From assembly GCA_040900025.1 (NCBI GenBank), contig JBBDZT010000022.1, positions 1-35,532 on the forward strand: a stretch of DNA of 35,532 bases, read 5' to 3'. The stretch's first letter is position 1; each line of letters begins with the position of its first letter. Made by a program: the position numbers and the translations under genes. Below the pieces are notes generated by a model, which was not told the DNA's origin, did no database searches, and was given only the letters and a program-made list of their open reading frames with translations. Shown piece by piece: positions 1 to 9,839 of this stretch. This DNA is from Candidatus Saccharimonadales bacterium. GTDB taxonomy: Bacteria > Patescibacteriota > Saccharimonadia > Saccharimonadales > 2-12-FULL-41-12.

Positions 1-3000
1 ACGCTTACAAGCCGGGCTTCGAATTGTTCGGATTCGTTTTTTAGGAATTTAGGCCAGAGTTCGGCACCGGGTATAATTTCCTTTAATTGAGAAAACATCT
101 GACATCCGTTGCATACGCCTAAACTAAATGTATTTTCCCTTTCAAAAAATGTCATAAAATCGGTTTTTAATTCTTTGTTAAATAAGATGGATTTAGCCCA
201 TCCTCCCCCGCCTCCTAAGACATCGCCGTAGCTAAATCCTCCGCAGGTGACCATTCCGCTAAAATCGTTAATTCTGGTTTTCTTAGTTATCAAATCGCTC
301 ATATGTACGTCAACCGGGTTAAATCCGGCTTCCCAAAACGCGGCCGCCATTTCAACTTGCCCGTTTATACCCTGTTCCCTTAAAATGGCGATTTTAGGTC
401 TATTTTTATAAACTTTAAGCTTATTTGTATCGAACAAAATCTTCGGACTGATACCAGGGTCCTCATCGTCATTTATTAAGTTAAATTCTTCGTTCGCTAG
501 CTTCTCGTTATCGCGAATTTTCTGGATTTGGTAGCTGGTTGCCGACCACCAGCTTTCCAGTTGCTTGCGGGTGTTCGAGTAAATTTGCTTGCCATTTTGG
601 GTGATTTGTATTTTTTGATTATTTGCAGGCTTTCCGATTTTGTAAAAAGACTGTCCGGCCTTTTCAAGCACTTCAGATACTTTGCTCAACTTATTATTAT
701 CAACTTCAATGACGGCTCCCAGCTCCTCGTTAAAGAGCGTTTCGATAGAGTAGTCGCCTTTGAGCTCGGATAAATCTATGGAAAGTCCGCACCGCCCGGA
801 AAAAGCCATTTCCAGAAGAGTTGTTATCAGGCCTCCGTCAGAGCGATCGTGGTAAGCATTTATTAAATTTAATCGGTTTAGTTTCTGAATTCCGTCAAAA
901 AAGTTTTTTAATAGCGCCGGGTCTTCCAAGTCCGGGCATATGTCGCCTGTTTCGCCGTAAGATTGGGTCAGAGCGGATCCACCCAAACGTTTTTTGCCGT
1001 TTGCTAAATCAACAAATATTAACGTGGTTTGCTGTTTTGCGTGGAGCATAGGGGTTAAAGCCGCGTTTGTGTCGTCAACCGGAGCAAATGCGCTGATAAT
1101 TAACGATACCGGCGAGACTACTGATTTATTCTTGCCGGAATCTCTCCAGGCCGTCCGCATACTTAGCGAATCTTTGCCCACAGGTACGCTCAGACCTAAC
1201 TTAGGGCACAGTTCTTCGCCGACCGTTCTTACCGTATCGAATAATTTTTCGTCTTCATTTTTGTAGCCGCTTGCAGCCATCCAATTGGCAGATAACTTTA
1301 TGTCGGACAGCCTTGATACTCCGGCTGAAGCAATATTTGTTATGGCTTCACCTATGGCTATTCGCGCGGATGCAGTAGCGTTTAGTAAGGCAATAGGCGT
1401 TCTCTCGCCTATTGACAGCGCTTCGCCGGAATTTGCTCTAAACGAGTTTGCTGTTACTGCAGCGTCGCTTACCGGAACCTGCCATGGTCCCACCATTGGG
1501 TCGCGGACACTCATGCCGCCGACTGTCCTATCGCCAATAGTAATAAGAAACTTTTTGCTTCCGACAGAGGGTATGTGCAATACTCTTTGAATCGCTTCGT
1601 CCAAGTTGATCTTACTAGTGATTTTATTTCGGGTTTTTGCTTTTTTATCTCTAAAAACAGTCTTAACTATTTTTGGCGGACTGCCAAACAATACAGGCAT
1701 AGGAATATTAATCGGATTGTTTTTGAAATGATCATCATATACGACTAAATCCCGCTTGCCGGTAACTTTGCCGACTACCGCATATGGGCATCTTTCCCTC
1801 TCGCATATTTTAGAAAAAGTATCCAAATCGGATTCGTCTATTGCCAGAACGAAACGCTCCTGTGCTTCATTACACCAGATTTCCATCGGTGAAAGTCCGG
1901 CCTCGGAACTTGGTATGTCTCTAAGATTTATTTTCGCGCCCAGACTATTGTCTTGAGCTATTTCAGGTATTGCATTACTCAAGCCGCCCGCCCCTACGTC
2001 ATGGATGGATTTAACAGGACTACCCTCCGACATAGATGAGCAACGGCTAATGACTTCTTGTGTTCTTCTTTGCATTTCGGCGTTTGCTCTTTGTACTGAG
2101 GCAAAATCAAGGTCTTCTTCGCTTTGTCCGGACTGCATGCTCGACGAAGCTCCGCCCCCAAGACCTATCAGCATAGAAGGTCCCCCCAGAACGATTAAGA
2201 GATCTCCTGCTTTTAAGGGCGTTTTCTTGACCTGTTTACCGTCGATGTTGCCGAGCCCGCCGGCTATCATAAGAGGCTTATGGTAGCCCCAGACATCGTC
2301 ATTATATGATTGCTCAAAAGTCCTGAAGTATCCCCCCAGATTGGGCCTGCCGAATTCATTAGAGAATGAAGCTCCGCCTACCGGCGCCTTAACCATGATG
2401 TCCAGAGCCGAGCTAATCCGGGCTGGTTTTCCGTAATGCTTCTCCCATGGCTGCTTGAACTGTGGAATTTCAAGATTTGAAACGCTGTAGCCGGTAAATC
2501 CCATTTTTGATTTTGCACCCCGGCCGGTTGCTGCTTCATCGCGGATCTCTCCACCCACGCCGGTTGCTGCTCCCGGTCCTGGCGCTATTGCCGTCGGGTG
2601 GTTATGTGTCTCGGCTTTTATTACTAGATTCGCGTTATTTTTATGGATTTTATATTCATTGCTACTTGATTCCGGATGAAATTTTTCTACAACGGGTCCG
2701 TTTAAAATAGCCGCATTGTCAGAATATGCGCTGATAACTCCGTCGCTATTTTTCTCATGGGTGTTTTTTATCATTTTAAATAAGCTTTTCGGCTGTTTTT
2801 CACCGTCAATAACCCATTCGGCGTTGAATATCTTATGACGGCAGTGTTCGCTGTTGATCTGCCCAAACATTACTAATTCCGCATCGGTCGGGTTCCTGTT
2901 TATCTTTTTATATTCTCCAAAAAGATAGCTGATTTCTTCATCGTTTAAAGCAAGCCCAAATGCTAAATTGGCCTTTTCCAGAGCTTCTATTCCTTTTTTT

Positions 3001-3482
3001 AAAATATCAATTTCAGTAGCCCGTTTGGGCTTATCAGATTTAAAAAGGATAGATGCGTCTTCGGTGTCGCCTAAGACCATTTCTGTCATGCGGTCATAAA
3101 ACAGGTATTTTATTTTCTCTAAATCTATATCTTGTGATGATTTTAAATAATAAATTACACCTCTTTCAATCCTTGATACGCTTTTTAGGCCGCTGTTCTT
3201 TGCTATGTTCGTTGCTTTTGAAGACCATGGAGATATTGTTCCGCTTCTGGGAACAACTAAAATTTTCTGGCCCTCCCTGCTGCTAATGCATGGAGCTTCG
3301 TATGTTAGAAGTTTTTTAAGTTCAGATTCTTCTTTGTCGCTGATGTTGTCATTTTTAAGATCAACAAAATGTACATATTCCGCCGACAGGCTTTTAATAT
3401 CCAGCTGTTCTTCCTGCAGGAGTTTTAATATTCGGTTCGTTCTGAAGCTGGAAAGGGCGTTAATACCAAGGTATTTCCTCAC
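1..3482 (-). CDS. purL: Phosphoribosylformylglycinamidine (FGAM) synthase, large single-chain type, 3'-truncated by the window edge
   Basis: Absent from the supplied ORF track because it has no in-window stop. Manual minus-strand translation is open for about 1160 codons from GTG at 3482..3480. Hallmark blocks are present: NSEHCRHKIFNA, ETHNHPTAIAPGPGAATGVGGEIRDE, IHDVGAGGLSNA, EIWCNEAQERFVL, GDRTVGGM...GPWQVPV, LSANWMAA and HDRSDGGL. The C-terminal glutaminase blocks CGGFSYGDVLGGGGGWAKSILFN and GVCNGCQM are also present. The GTG start overlaps the purM TGA stop (GTGA). An in-frame TGA lies about 27 nt upstream of the GTG. Confidence 0.9.
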   Translation of the reverse strand, partial: MRKYLGINALSSFRTNRILKLLQEEQLDIKSLSAEYVHFVDLKNDNISDKEESELKKLLTYEAPCISSREGQKILVVPRSGTISPWSSKATNIAKNSGLKSVSRIERGVIYYLKSSQDIDLEKIKYLFYDRMTEMVLGDTEDASILFKSDKPKRATEIDILKKGIEALEKANLAFGLALNDEEISYLFGEYKKINRNPTDAELVMFGQINSEHCRHKIFNAEWVIDGEKQPKSLFKMIKNTHEKNSDGVISAYSDNAAILNGPVVEKFHPESSSNEYKIHKNNANLVIKAETHNHPTAIAPGPGAATGVGGEIRDEAATGRGAKSKMGFTGYSVSNLEIPQFKQPWEKHYGKPARISSALDIMVKAPVGGASFSNEFGRPNLGGYFRTFEQSYNDDVWGYHKPLMIAGGLGNIDGKQVKKTPLKAGDLLIVLGGPSMLIGLGGGASSSMQSGQSEEDLDFASVQRANAEMQRRTQEVISRCSSMSEGSPVKSIHDVGAGGLSNAIPEIAQDNSLGAKINLRDIPSSEAGLSPMEIWCNEAQERFVLAIDESDLDTFSKICERERCPYAVVGKVTGKRDLVVYDDHFKNNPINIPMPVLFGSPPKIVKTVFRDKKAKTRNKITSKINLDEAIQRVLHIPSVGSKKFLITIGDRTVGGMSVRDPMVGPWQVPVSDAAVTANSFRANSGEALSIGERTPIALLNATASARIAIGEAITNIASAGVSRLSDIKLSANWMAASGYKNEDEKLFDTVRTVGEELCPKLGLSVPVGKDSLSMRTAWRDSGKNKSVVSPVSLIISAFAPVDDTNAALTPMLHAKQQTTLIFVDLANGKKRLGGSALTQSYGETGDICPDLEDPALLKNFFDGIQKLNRLNLINAYHDRSDGGLITTLLEMAFSGRCGLSIDLSELKGDYSIETLFNEELGAVIEVDNNKLSKVSEVLEKAGQSFYKIGKPANNQKIQITQNGKQIYSNTRKQLESWWSATSYQIQKIRDNEKLANEEFNLINDDEDPGISPKILFDTNKLKVYKNRPKIAILREQGINGQVEMAAAFWEAGFNPVDVHMSDLITKKTRINDFSGMVTCGGFSYGDVLGGGGGWAKSILFNKELKTDFMTFFERENTFSLGVCNGCQMFSQLKEIIPGAELWPKFLKNESEQFEARLVS

Positions 3483-4582
3483 GAACGAACCCCTAGGCTT
3501 GAGCCTTCAAATGTAATGTTTTTAGAGTTAATTTTAACCTGTTTTTTGCCGGCTTTGATATTTCCTGCCAGCCACGCGTTAAAGCCGGATTTTTTAATAA
3601 TATCCACAGCTTTTTGAGCGTCTTCCTCGGGTAAATAAACCGCGTAACCGGCGCCCATGTTGTAGTTGCCGTACATTTCTTTTTCGTTATTACCGCTGTA
3701 TTTGGCGATAAAATCAAATTCGCTTGGCGGGGTTGGGATATTGGTTATTTCATAAGTAAATTCCCTGCCGGCTCGCATGATTTTCCGCCAACCGTGCCCT
3801 GTTATGTTAGATAAGTAATGCAGCTCGCATCCGGCCTCAAATAATTTGTTAATAGCATTGGCATATATATGCGTAGGCGTTAATAGCGCCTCGCCAAATG
3901 TTCTGCCGTCGGATAGCTTAGTTAAATATCCTTTTTCTGCTTTGTCAGCTATTTCCCTGGCCAGGCTTATTCCGTTGGCGTGTACGCCGCTGGATTCAAT
4001 GAAGATAATAGCATCGCCATCTTTTAGCTTACTTTCGCTAACGAGCCGTTTTTTATCTTTTATTATTCCAAAAGCTGATCCGGCGAGTTCCAGCGCGCCT
4101 TCTTTTACTATTCCGCTTAAAGCCTGGGTCTCGCCTCCGCCCCATACTACGTTTGCTTCGTCGCAGGCCGCCCGCCAGCCTTTTATGAAGCCATTGGTTA
4201 AGCCTTTATCTTCCAGCCATTTATAAGAGCTGGATGACCAGTAAGCATTACTGACAACCGGGGTTGCACCAACGCTTATAAGGTCGTTTATGATAGCCGC
4301 AACGGTATCTTTGGCTATTTCAGAGAAGTACGACTTCCCGGTTTCCCGGTAAAGAGCCTGCGCTATTAAGCTTTTAGTCCCCAGTCCTTCCTGTACGAGG
4401 GCACCGTAAGAATCCCCCATGTCGAATACATATGCCGACTCGCCTCTTGTGCCCTCAATTTCACTAAAGCCGAAAGGCATATTTTTCGCTGTAGCCCGCC
4501 CTTCTTTTTGGGCCAGAACTTTAGCCGGGTCGGCAACATCATAATCAACTAGCTGGTGGTAACTTATTTTTTTAGAAGCCAT
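3479..4582 (-). CDS. purM: Phosphoribosylformylglycinamidine cyclo-ligase (AIR synthase), divergent PurM-family member
   Basis: 367-aa ORF with VQEGLGTKSL (a DGVGTK-type motif) and a C-terminal NMGAGY block. It sits directly upstream of purL and is translationally coupled to it. Confidence 0.8.
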   Translation of the reverse strand: MASKKISYHQLVDYDVADPAKVLAQKEGRATAKNMPFGFSEIEGTRGESAYVFDMGDSYGALVQEGLGTKSLIAQALYRETGKSYFSEIAKDTVAAIINDLISVGATPVVSNAYWSSSSYKWLEDKGLTNGFIKGWRAACDEANVVWGGGETQALSGIVKEGALELAGSAFGIIKDKKRLVSESKLKDGDAIIFIESSGVHANGISLAREIADKAEKGYLTKLSDGRTFGEALLTPTHIYANAINKLFEAGCELHYLSNITGHGWRKIMRAGREFTYEITNIPTPPSEFDFIAKYSGNNEKEMYGNYNMGAGYAVYLPEEDAQKAVDIIKKSGFNAWLAGNIKAGKKQVKINSKNITFEGSSLGVRS

Positions 4583-4590
4583 TCACTTAT

Positions 4591-4596
4591 ATTTTA
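4591..4596 (-). promoter_or_regulatory. Candidate -10 (TAAAAT), 8 nt upstream of the purM ATG
   Basis: Minus strand reads TTTAAAAT-ATAAGTGA-ATG. A second hexamer, TATAAA, lies about 20 nt upstream. Confidence 0.3.
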
Positions 4597-4647
4597 AAGG
4601 GTATTTATAGATTGAGCAATAAATCAGTGACTCTAGCAAAATGTATA

Positions 4648-4656
4648 TGATAAACT
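4648..4656 (+). promoter_or_regulatory. Candidate extended -10 (TGATAAACT), 7 nt upstream of the prs GTG
   Basis: TGATAAACT-AAATCAA-GTG. Confidence 0.35.
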
Positions 4657-4663
4657 AAATCAA

Positions 4664-5665
4664 GTGAAGAGAATTATCGGCGGACGAAAAGTAAAAAAAA
4701 CACTCAACAATAAACAGCTTTTGATTTTTTCCGGTACCAGGCACCCTGAGCTGGCTGCCAGTGTCGCGAAAAAACTTGGCATAGATGTTAGCGATACGGG
4801 TGTAGAATATTTTGCCAACGGCGAGATGAAATGCCATCTAGAAGAATCGGTACGCGGTATGGACGTGTTTGTTTTTCAAGCGCACAATTCCCCTGTAGGC
4901 GAAGCAGTCATGGAGCAAGCCATTATTATTGACGCGGCTAAAAGAGCCTCAGCTAAGCACATAACGGCGGTTTGTCCGTTTTTAGGCTATGCTCGGCAAG
5001 ATAGAAAGTCGGCCGCTAGAGAACCTATAACCGCTAAACTGGTCGTTGATATTTTAAGTGTAGCAGGAGCGGATAGGATCGTCAGTATTGATTTGCATGC
5101 TGGCCAGATTGAAGGTTATTTCGACGGGCCTTTCGACCATCTTATAGGGCTGCCGGCGTTAGTCAAACATTTGAAAAAAAAGTACAAAAACGAAGAATTG
5201 GTGGTAGTTTCGCCTGATGCCGGAAGAGTTAAACTAGCCGAAAGATACGCCAGCCGCCTGGACTGCGACGTGGCGATAGTACACAAGCGCCGGCCAAGTA
5301 AAAACAAGGCCGAAGTCATTGATATTATCGGCGAGGTAGAAGGAAAAAGAGCGATAATTATAGATGACATGATAGATACCGCCGGAACTATGTGCGCCGC
5401 GGCAGAACTTCTAATGAAGCGCGGTGCTAAGGCTGTTGCCGCCGTCGCAACCCATGGAATTTTTTCAGACCCGGCCATTTCAAGGATTGAAAAATCTCCG
5501 ATAGACCACCTGGCCGTTACCGACACGCTGCCTTTGCCGCCCGCTAAGTTATCTTCGGAAATCATTACGGTTGTATCTGTTGTAGATCTTCTTGCCGATG
5601 CTGTACAGGCTATATTTGAAGAGAGCTCTGTATCTATCATATTTGAAGGCTTAAATCAGGTCTGA
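4664..5665 (+). CDS. prs: Ribose-phosphate pyrophosphokinase (PRPP synthetase)
   Basis: 333-aa ORF with a GTG start. Blocks present: IFSG..HPELA, FANGE, GYARQDRK, DLHAGQIEGYF, VVSPDAGRV and IIDDMIDTAGT. Confidence 0.9.
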   Translation: MKRIIGGRKVKKTLNNKQLLIFSGTRHPELAASVAKKLGIDVSDTGVEYFANGEMKCHLEESVRGMDVFVFQAHNSPVGEAVMEQAIIIDAAKRASAKHITAVCPFLGYARQDRKSAAREPITAKLVVDILSVAGADRIVSIDLHAGQIEGYFDGPFDHLIGLPALVKHLKKKYKNEELVVVSPDAGRVKLAERYASRLDCDVAIVHKRRPSKNKAEVIDIIGEVEGKRAIIIDDMIDTAGTMCAAAELLMKRGAKAVAAVATHGIFSDPAISRIEKSPIDHLAVTDTLPLPPAKLSSEIITVVSVVDLLADAVQAIFEESSVSIIFEGLNQV

Positions 5666-6930
5666 GGTCTGCGGCCGATATCGGTGCGGTATTGCATACC
5701 GTCAAATTTAATTAAATCTACGGCTTCATAGGCTTTATCTATGGCTTGGTTTAGCGTTTCGCCGATGGCGGTCACATTCAAAACTCTGCCTCCGGCCGTA
5801 ACGAAATTGTTTCCTTCTTTTTTTGTTCCGGCGTGAAAGATGACTATGTCGCTGAGTTTCTCAGCATTTTCTATCCCTGTTATAATATCGCTTTTAGAAG
5901 AGCTCTCTGGATAACCGGCCGAAGCTAACACAACGGATACCGCATAGCCGTTTATCCAGGATATATCATTCTTGTTCAGCTTGCCTTGCGCGCAGTTTTC
6001 AAGTAATTGGTAGAGATCACAGTCGACTAGCCTCATATAGACTTCCGCTTCCGGGTCGCCAAACCTGGAGTTGAATTCAATAACATTTATTTCGTCGCCG
6101 TTTATCATCAATCCGGGGTATAAGCACCCGACAAATTCAGAACCTCTGCTTTTTAAGCCCTTTATCGTCGGTGAAACTATTTTTTGGTAGACTTCTTGTA
6201 TCTGTTCGCTGCTTACCCATGGTACGGGCGTTATAGCGCCCATTCCGCCCGTATTAGGACCTTTGTCCCCGTCAAAAATTTGCTTATGGTCTTGCGAAGC
6301 CGGAAACATTACCGCCGTATTTCCGTCGGACAAGGCGTGAGTCGAAACTTCTTGTCCGGCTAAAAAATCTTCGACTACAATTCTGTTGCCCGCGTCTCCA
6401 AAAGTTTTTTGAACCATGATGCTTTTTATAGCCTCCTCGGCCTCCGTAAGGCTTTGCGCCACGACTACGCCTTTGCCTGCCGCCAGGCCGTCAGCTTTGA
6501 TGACAATAGGAGGGATTTTTGATCTTATATAATCCAGAGCCTCTTGCGGGTTATCAAAATTTCTATACTCTGCAGTAGGTATGGATTCGCTTTTCATGAA
6601 GTCTTTCGAAAAAGCTTTGGAGGACTCTACCCGGGTTGCTTCTTTAGAAGTTCCAAAAATTAAAAGGTTGTTCTTCCTGAACAAATCCGCAACCCCTGCT
6701 TCGCTAGCTGCTTCCTGGCCTATTACCGTTAAGTCAATTTCTTTCAATTTTGCGAATTGAAGAAGCTTTTGCCCGTCGGTAAAATTTATATCAACATTTT
6801 CACCTACGATTGCTGTTCCCGCATTTCCCGGAGCTATATATACTTTATCAACTTGCGGTGAATCTTTTAATTTCCAGGCGAGTGCATGTTCTCTGCCGCC
6901 TGAACCGATAACTAGTACTTTTTTATTCAT
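5656..6930 (-). CDS. purD: Phosphoribosylamine-glycine ligase
   Basis: 424 aa with N-terminus MNKKVLVIGSGGREHALAWKL, an ATP-grasp core, GGMGA and RFGDPE blocks. Its 3' end overlaps the prs 3' end by 10 nt (convergent). Confidence 0.93.
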   Translation of the reverse strand: MNKKVLVIGSGGREHALAWKLKDSPQVDKVYIAPGNAGTAIVGENVDINFTDGQKLLQFAKLKEIDLTVIGQEAASEAGVADLFRKNNLLIFGTSKEATRVESSKAFSKDFMKSESIPTAEYRNFDNPQEALDYIRSKIPPIVIKADGLAAGKGVVVAQSLTEAEEAIKSIMVQKTFGDAGNRIVVEDFLAGQEVSTHALSDGNTAVMFPASQDHKQIFDGDKGPNTGGMGAITPVPWVSSEQIQEVYQKIVSPTIKGLKSRGSEFVGCLYPGLMINGDEINVIEFNSRFGDPEAEVYMRLVDCDLYQLLENCAQGKLNKNDISWINGYAVSVVLASAGYPESSSKSDIITGIENAEKLSDIVIFHAGTKKEGNNFVTAGGRVLNVTAIGETLNQAIDKAYEAVDLIKFDGMQYRTDIGRRPQT

Positions 6931-6933
6931 AAC

Positions 6934-7605
6934 TTAATTATATTTATTTTCTAAAAAATAATTTACGTCCGCTGCTAAGTATTTTTTTTCTGACTCTTTG
7001 ACTCTCTCGAAGAGACTCCTAGGAGTATCATTATCCAGCATTTTAACTTTATGTTCAGTTATGATCGGACCGTCATCATAGTCATTATCAACGGCAAAAA
7101 TACAGTGACCGGCTATGGGCTGGTTGGTTGCAAGGGTTTTCTCCTGGACTTTAACGCCAAAAAGACCCTTGGTAACCGGCAAAAGACCCGGATGCGTATT
7201 AAACATGTTAGACTCAAATACTGATTTTAAGCTTTTATTCCAGCCATATTTTGAAACAACCCTACCACCTACTTTTTTCATGTAGCCGAGTAAAAAAACA
7301 ATGTCGACTTTATTATCGGATAAAGTGTGTAAGATTGCATTTTCTTCCGCGGAGGTCTGTTCGCCGGGACTTAAAGTCTCGCCGGGCGCGGCCGGATAAT
7401 TGGAATTCCCTATATGCAGGATACTAATGTTTTGATTCTTGGTTTTGTTAATATTTTGTACTTTATCTATTACGCCGGCGCCCGATAAGTTAGATATTAC
7501 CAGCACTACTTCGGCCGGAATTTTTCCGGCAATAGTAGATTCAATAAAACTTTCTGCGGTCGTACCTCCGCCGGATGCCAGTATGGCTATGCGAGGCTTC
7601 GCCAT
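6934..7605 (-). CDS. purN: Phosphoribosylglycinamide formyltransferase
   Basis: 223 aa with ILASGGGT at the N-terminus, NTHPGLLP (the NxHPSLLP motif) and HCIFAVDNDYDDGPII (the HxV..D.GPII block). It lies 3 nt from purD and purF. Confidence 0.85.
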   Translation of the reverse strand: MAKPRIAILASGGGTTAESFIESTIAGKIPAEVVLVISNLSGAGVIDKVQNINKTKNQNISILHIGNSNYPAAPGETLSPGEQTSAEENAILHTLSDNKVDIVFLLGYMKKVGGRVVSKYGWNKSLKSVFESNMFNTHPGLLPVTKGLFGVKVQEKTLATNQPIAGHCIFAVDNDYDDGPIITEHKVKMLDNDTPRSLFERVKESEKKYLAADVNYFLENKYN

Positions 7606-7608
7606 TGT

Positions 7609-9069
7609 TTATATTGAAGCCTCTGACCTGTGTATCGCACTATCGTGCCTTTTTGCCCTGTTGACGGGCCGGCCGCCCTCATAAGATATGGAATCCATAT
7701 TTTTGCCTATCGGTATCGGATAAATACCGGTAAAACAAGAAGTGCAGAACTGTTCTTCGCTCAGACCGGTAGCCTTAACCATTCCTTCGTATGAAAGAAA
7801 ATGCAGCGAATCAGCATCGACAAATTCGGCAATTTCTTTTTCATTCATTCTCGCGGCAATCAGATCACTCTGCCTAGGGGTATTTATGCCGTAAAAGTCA
7901 GGAAACTTAACCGGAGGTGATGTTATCATCAAATGTACCTCGGTGGCTCCGGATGACCTCAACATGCTTACTACCTGCTGTACCGTCGTGCCTCTGACTA
8001 TTGAATCGTCTACCAGGCCGACTTTCTTGCCTTTTAAGCTGTCTATCACCGGATTAAGCTTCATTTTTAAGTCTCTTTTGCGCAGCTCGGCTGTCGGGCG
8101 AATGAAAGTGCGGTTGATGTAACGGTTTTTAACCAAACCGATTTCTATAGGGATGCCGCTTTCTTTGGAAAAGCCGATCGAGGCAGGCACGGAGGAGTCC
8201 GGCACCGGTATTATTACATCTACGTCCAATTTACATTCTTTTGCCAGCTGACGACCGAAATTTTCCCGGACTGTGTTGACGCTTTTGCCCAGCAATATGC
8301 TATCCGGACGGGCAAAGTAAACAAATTCAAAAATATCCAACTTTAGCTTAGGCTCTTTGATCTGCTTTGAAGTTATCCCTCTCTCGTCTATTAAGGCGAC
8401 TTCCCCGGGTTTAACGTCTCTTACAAATTCCGCGCCGATTGTTTCAAGGGCGCAAGTTTCCGAAGCAACCACGTATCCTGACTCCAATTTGCCAATGGAA
8501 AGCGGACGTATGCCGTGCTGGTCCCTAAAGACTACAAGGCTGTCTTTGTCCATGGCCACGCTAGAAAATACCCCTTCAAATAAGGGGTATGCTTTAGATA
8601 CTGCATCGAAAAGGCTCATGCCCTTGCGAATATTGATCTCAATCGCGGCGGCCATCATTCCCGAGTCATTAAGCTCATCGATCGGTACGTTATGCTTTGA
8701 AAGAAACCTTTCCAGTTTATCGGTTTTTGGCAAATTGCCGTTATGACCAAAAGAAAAACCGTTGTGGTTTCCCATCAACGGCTGGTTATAAATCGCATCT
8801 CTGCCCCCTGACGTAGAATAGCGGTTATGGCCGATTGCCATGTGCCCCGGTAGAACTTGGAGATGCTCTTCTTTATAAACGTTTGCCACAAGTCCGAAGT
8901 CGGCGTGGCGGTAAAGTTTTTTTCCATCTGAGGTAGCAATCCCGGAACTTTCCTGCCCCCTGTGCTGCATTGACCACAATGAGTAGTAAGCTAGGCGCGC
9001 AGCTTCAGAGCTGGCACCAAAAGTACCAAATATCGCACATTTCTCTCGTAGTTTGTCGTCGTTATACAT
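7609..9069 (-). CDS. purF: Amidophosphoribosyltransferase
   Basis: 486 aa with a short propeptide followed by the Cys nucleophile (EKCAIFG). Also has RGQESSGI, the PRTase motif VGLVDDSIVRGTT and the C-terminal CTSCFTGIYP Cys cluster. Confidence 0.93.
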   Translation of the reverse strand: MYNDDKLREKCAIFGTFGASSEAARLAYYSLWSMQHRGQESSGIATSDGKKLYRHADFGLVANVYKEEHLQVLPGHMAIGHNRYSTSGGRDAIYNQPLMGNHNGFSFGHNGNLPKTDKLERFLSKHNVPIDELNDSGMMAAAIEINIRKGMSLFDAVSKAYPLFEGVFSSVAMDKDSLVVFRDQHGIRPLSIGKLESGYVVASETCALETIGAEFVRDVKPGEVALIDERGITSKQIKEPKLKLDIFEFVYFARPDSILLGKSVNTVRENFGRQLAKECKLDVDVIIPVPDSSVPASIGFSKESGIPIEIGLVKNRYINRTFIRPTAELRKRDLKMKLNPVIDSLKGKKVGLVDDSIVRGTTVQQVVSMLRSSGATEVHLMITSPPVKFPDFYGINTPRQSDLIAARMNEKEIAEFVDADSLHFLSYEGMVKATGLSEEQFCTSCFTGIYPIPIGKNMDSISYEGGRPVNRAKRHDSAIHRSEASI

Positions 9070-9119
9070 AGATAAAATACGTACTTAAATTATAAAGTAT
9101 TTAAGTTTATTTGTCTAAG

Positions 9120-9836
9120 CTAAAGTCTTTGATTTGCAATTTTCGTAAACTGGCTTAATAAAATTGAAGCTGTTATAGGCCCTACGCCGCCAGGCACCGG
9201 AGATATTGCTGAAGCAACTTTACTAACATTGTCAAAATCTACATCTCCAACCATTTTGCCTTCTGCGAAATTTGTCCCAACATCTATTACGATGGAGTTT
9301 TCACTAACCATATCTGCAGTAATCAGTCCGGACTTACCCGCCGCACTGATAATTATGTCAGCAGTTTTTGTAAACCGGCTGATGACCATAGTTTTTGAAT
9401 GGCAGATTGTAACTGTAGCATTTTCCTCCAGAAGCAAATGAGCCAAAGGTTTTCCTACCACCGTGCTTCTGCCTATCACTACTATATTTTTTCCTGACAG
9501 CTCAATACCATAATATTTCAAAAGCTGAATTACCGCTTCAGCTGTCGCTGGCTTGTATAAAGGCGTGCCCACAAATAATTTACCCAGATTCTCCGGTGTC
9601 TGACAGTCTATGTCTTTAGCAGGATCGGTAGTCTCGCCAATCACGCCGTCAGCTTCATCAGCGCTCGAAACCACTTCTATATTTAGCTTAGAAGCCTTTT
9701 TTTCAATTACCCGTCTATATGATGCGGAACTTGCCTCATCTGGTAATAATATAGCTATTTTCTTTCCGGTTGAATTCTTAAATGTTTCCTTGTCGATCTT
9801 TTCTGAAACCGGTTTGCCGTAGAGAATCTTGGCCAT
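9120..9836 (-). CDS. folD: Methylenetetrahydrofolate dehydrogenase (FolD family), shortened variant
   Basis: 238 aa with SSASYRRVIEKKASK (the SxxYxxxKxK Lys motif), KDIDCQTPENLGKL (= KDVDGFHPxNxG), the Rossmann block VVIGRSTVVGKPLA and PVPGGVGPIT. It is roughly 45-50 aa shorter than canonical FolD. Confidence 0.8.
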   Translation of the reverse strand: MAKILYGKPVSEKIDKETFKNSTGKKIAILLPDEASSASYRRVIEKKASKLNIEVVSSADEADGVIGETTDPAKDIDCQTPENLGKLFVGTPLYKPATAEAVIQLLKYYGIELSGKNIVVIGRSTVVGKPLAHLLLEENATVTICHSKTMVISRFTKTADIIISAAGKSGLITADMVSENSIVIDVGTNFAEGKMVGDVDFDNVSKVASAISPVPGGVGPITASILLSQFTKIANQRL

Positions 9837-9839
9837 GCT

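Noticed and set aside
528-3516. Ten plus-strand ORFs of 66-103 aa listed in the track (528..773 through 3205..3516)
   Set aside because: All lie antisense to the continuous, motif-rich purL frame. They have low-complexity Leu/Ser/Arg-rich translations typical of shadow ORFs.
4583-4663. Purine, ZTP, THF or PRPP riboswitch upstream of the pur operons (also 9070..9119 and 10944..10986)
   Set aside because: The spacers are only 43-81 nt and AT-rich. They are too short for these aptamers and I recognised no conserved cores.
9083-9106. Inverted repeat ACTTAAAT-N8-ATTTAAGT between folD and purF
   Set aside because: It is an 8-bp all-A/T-dominated stem, expected by chance in an AT-rich spacer. It has no T-tract and no resemblance to a PurBox.
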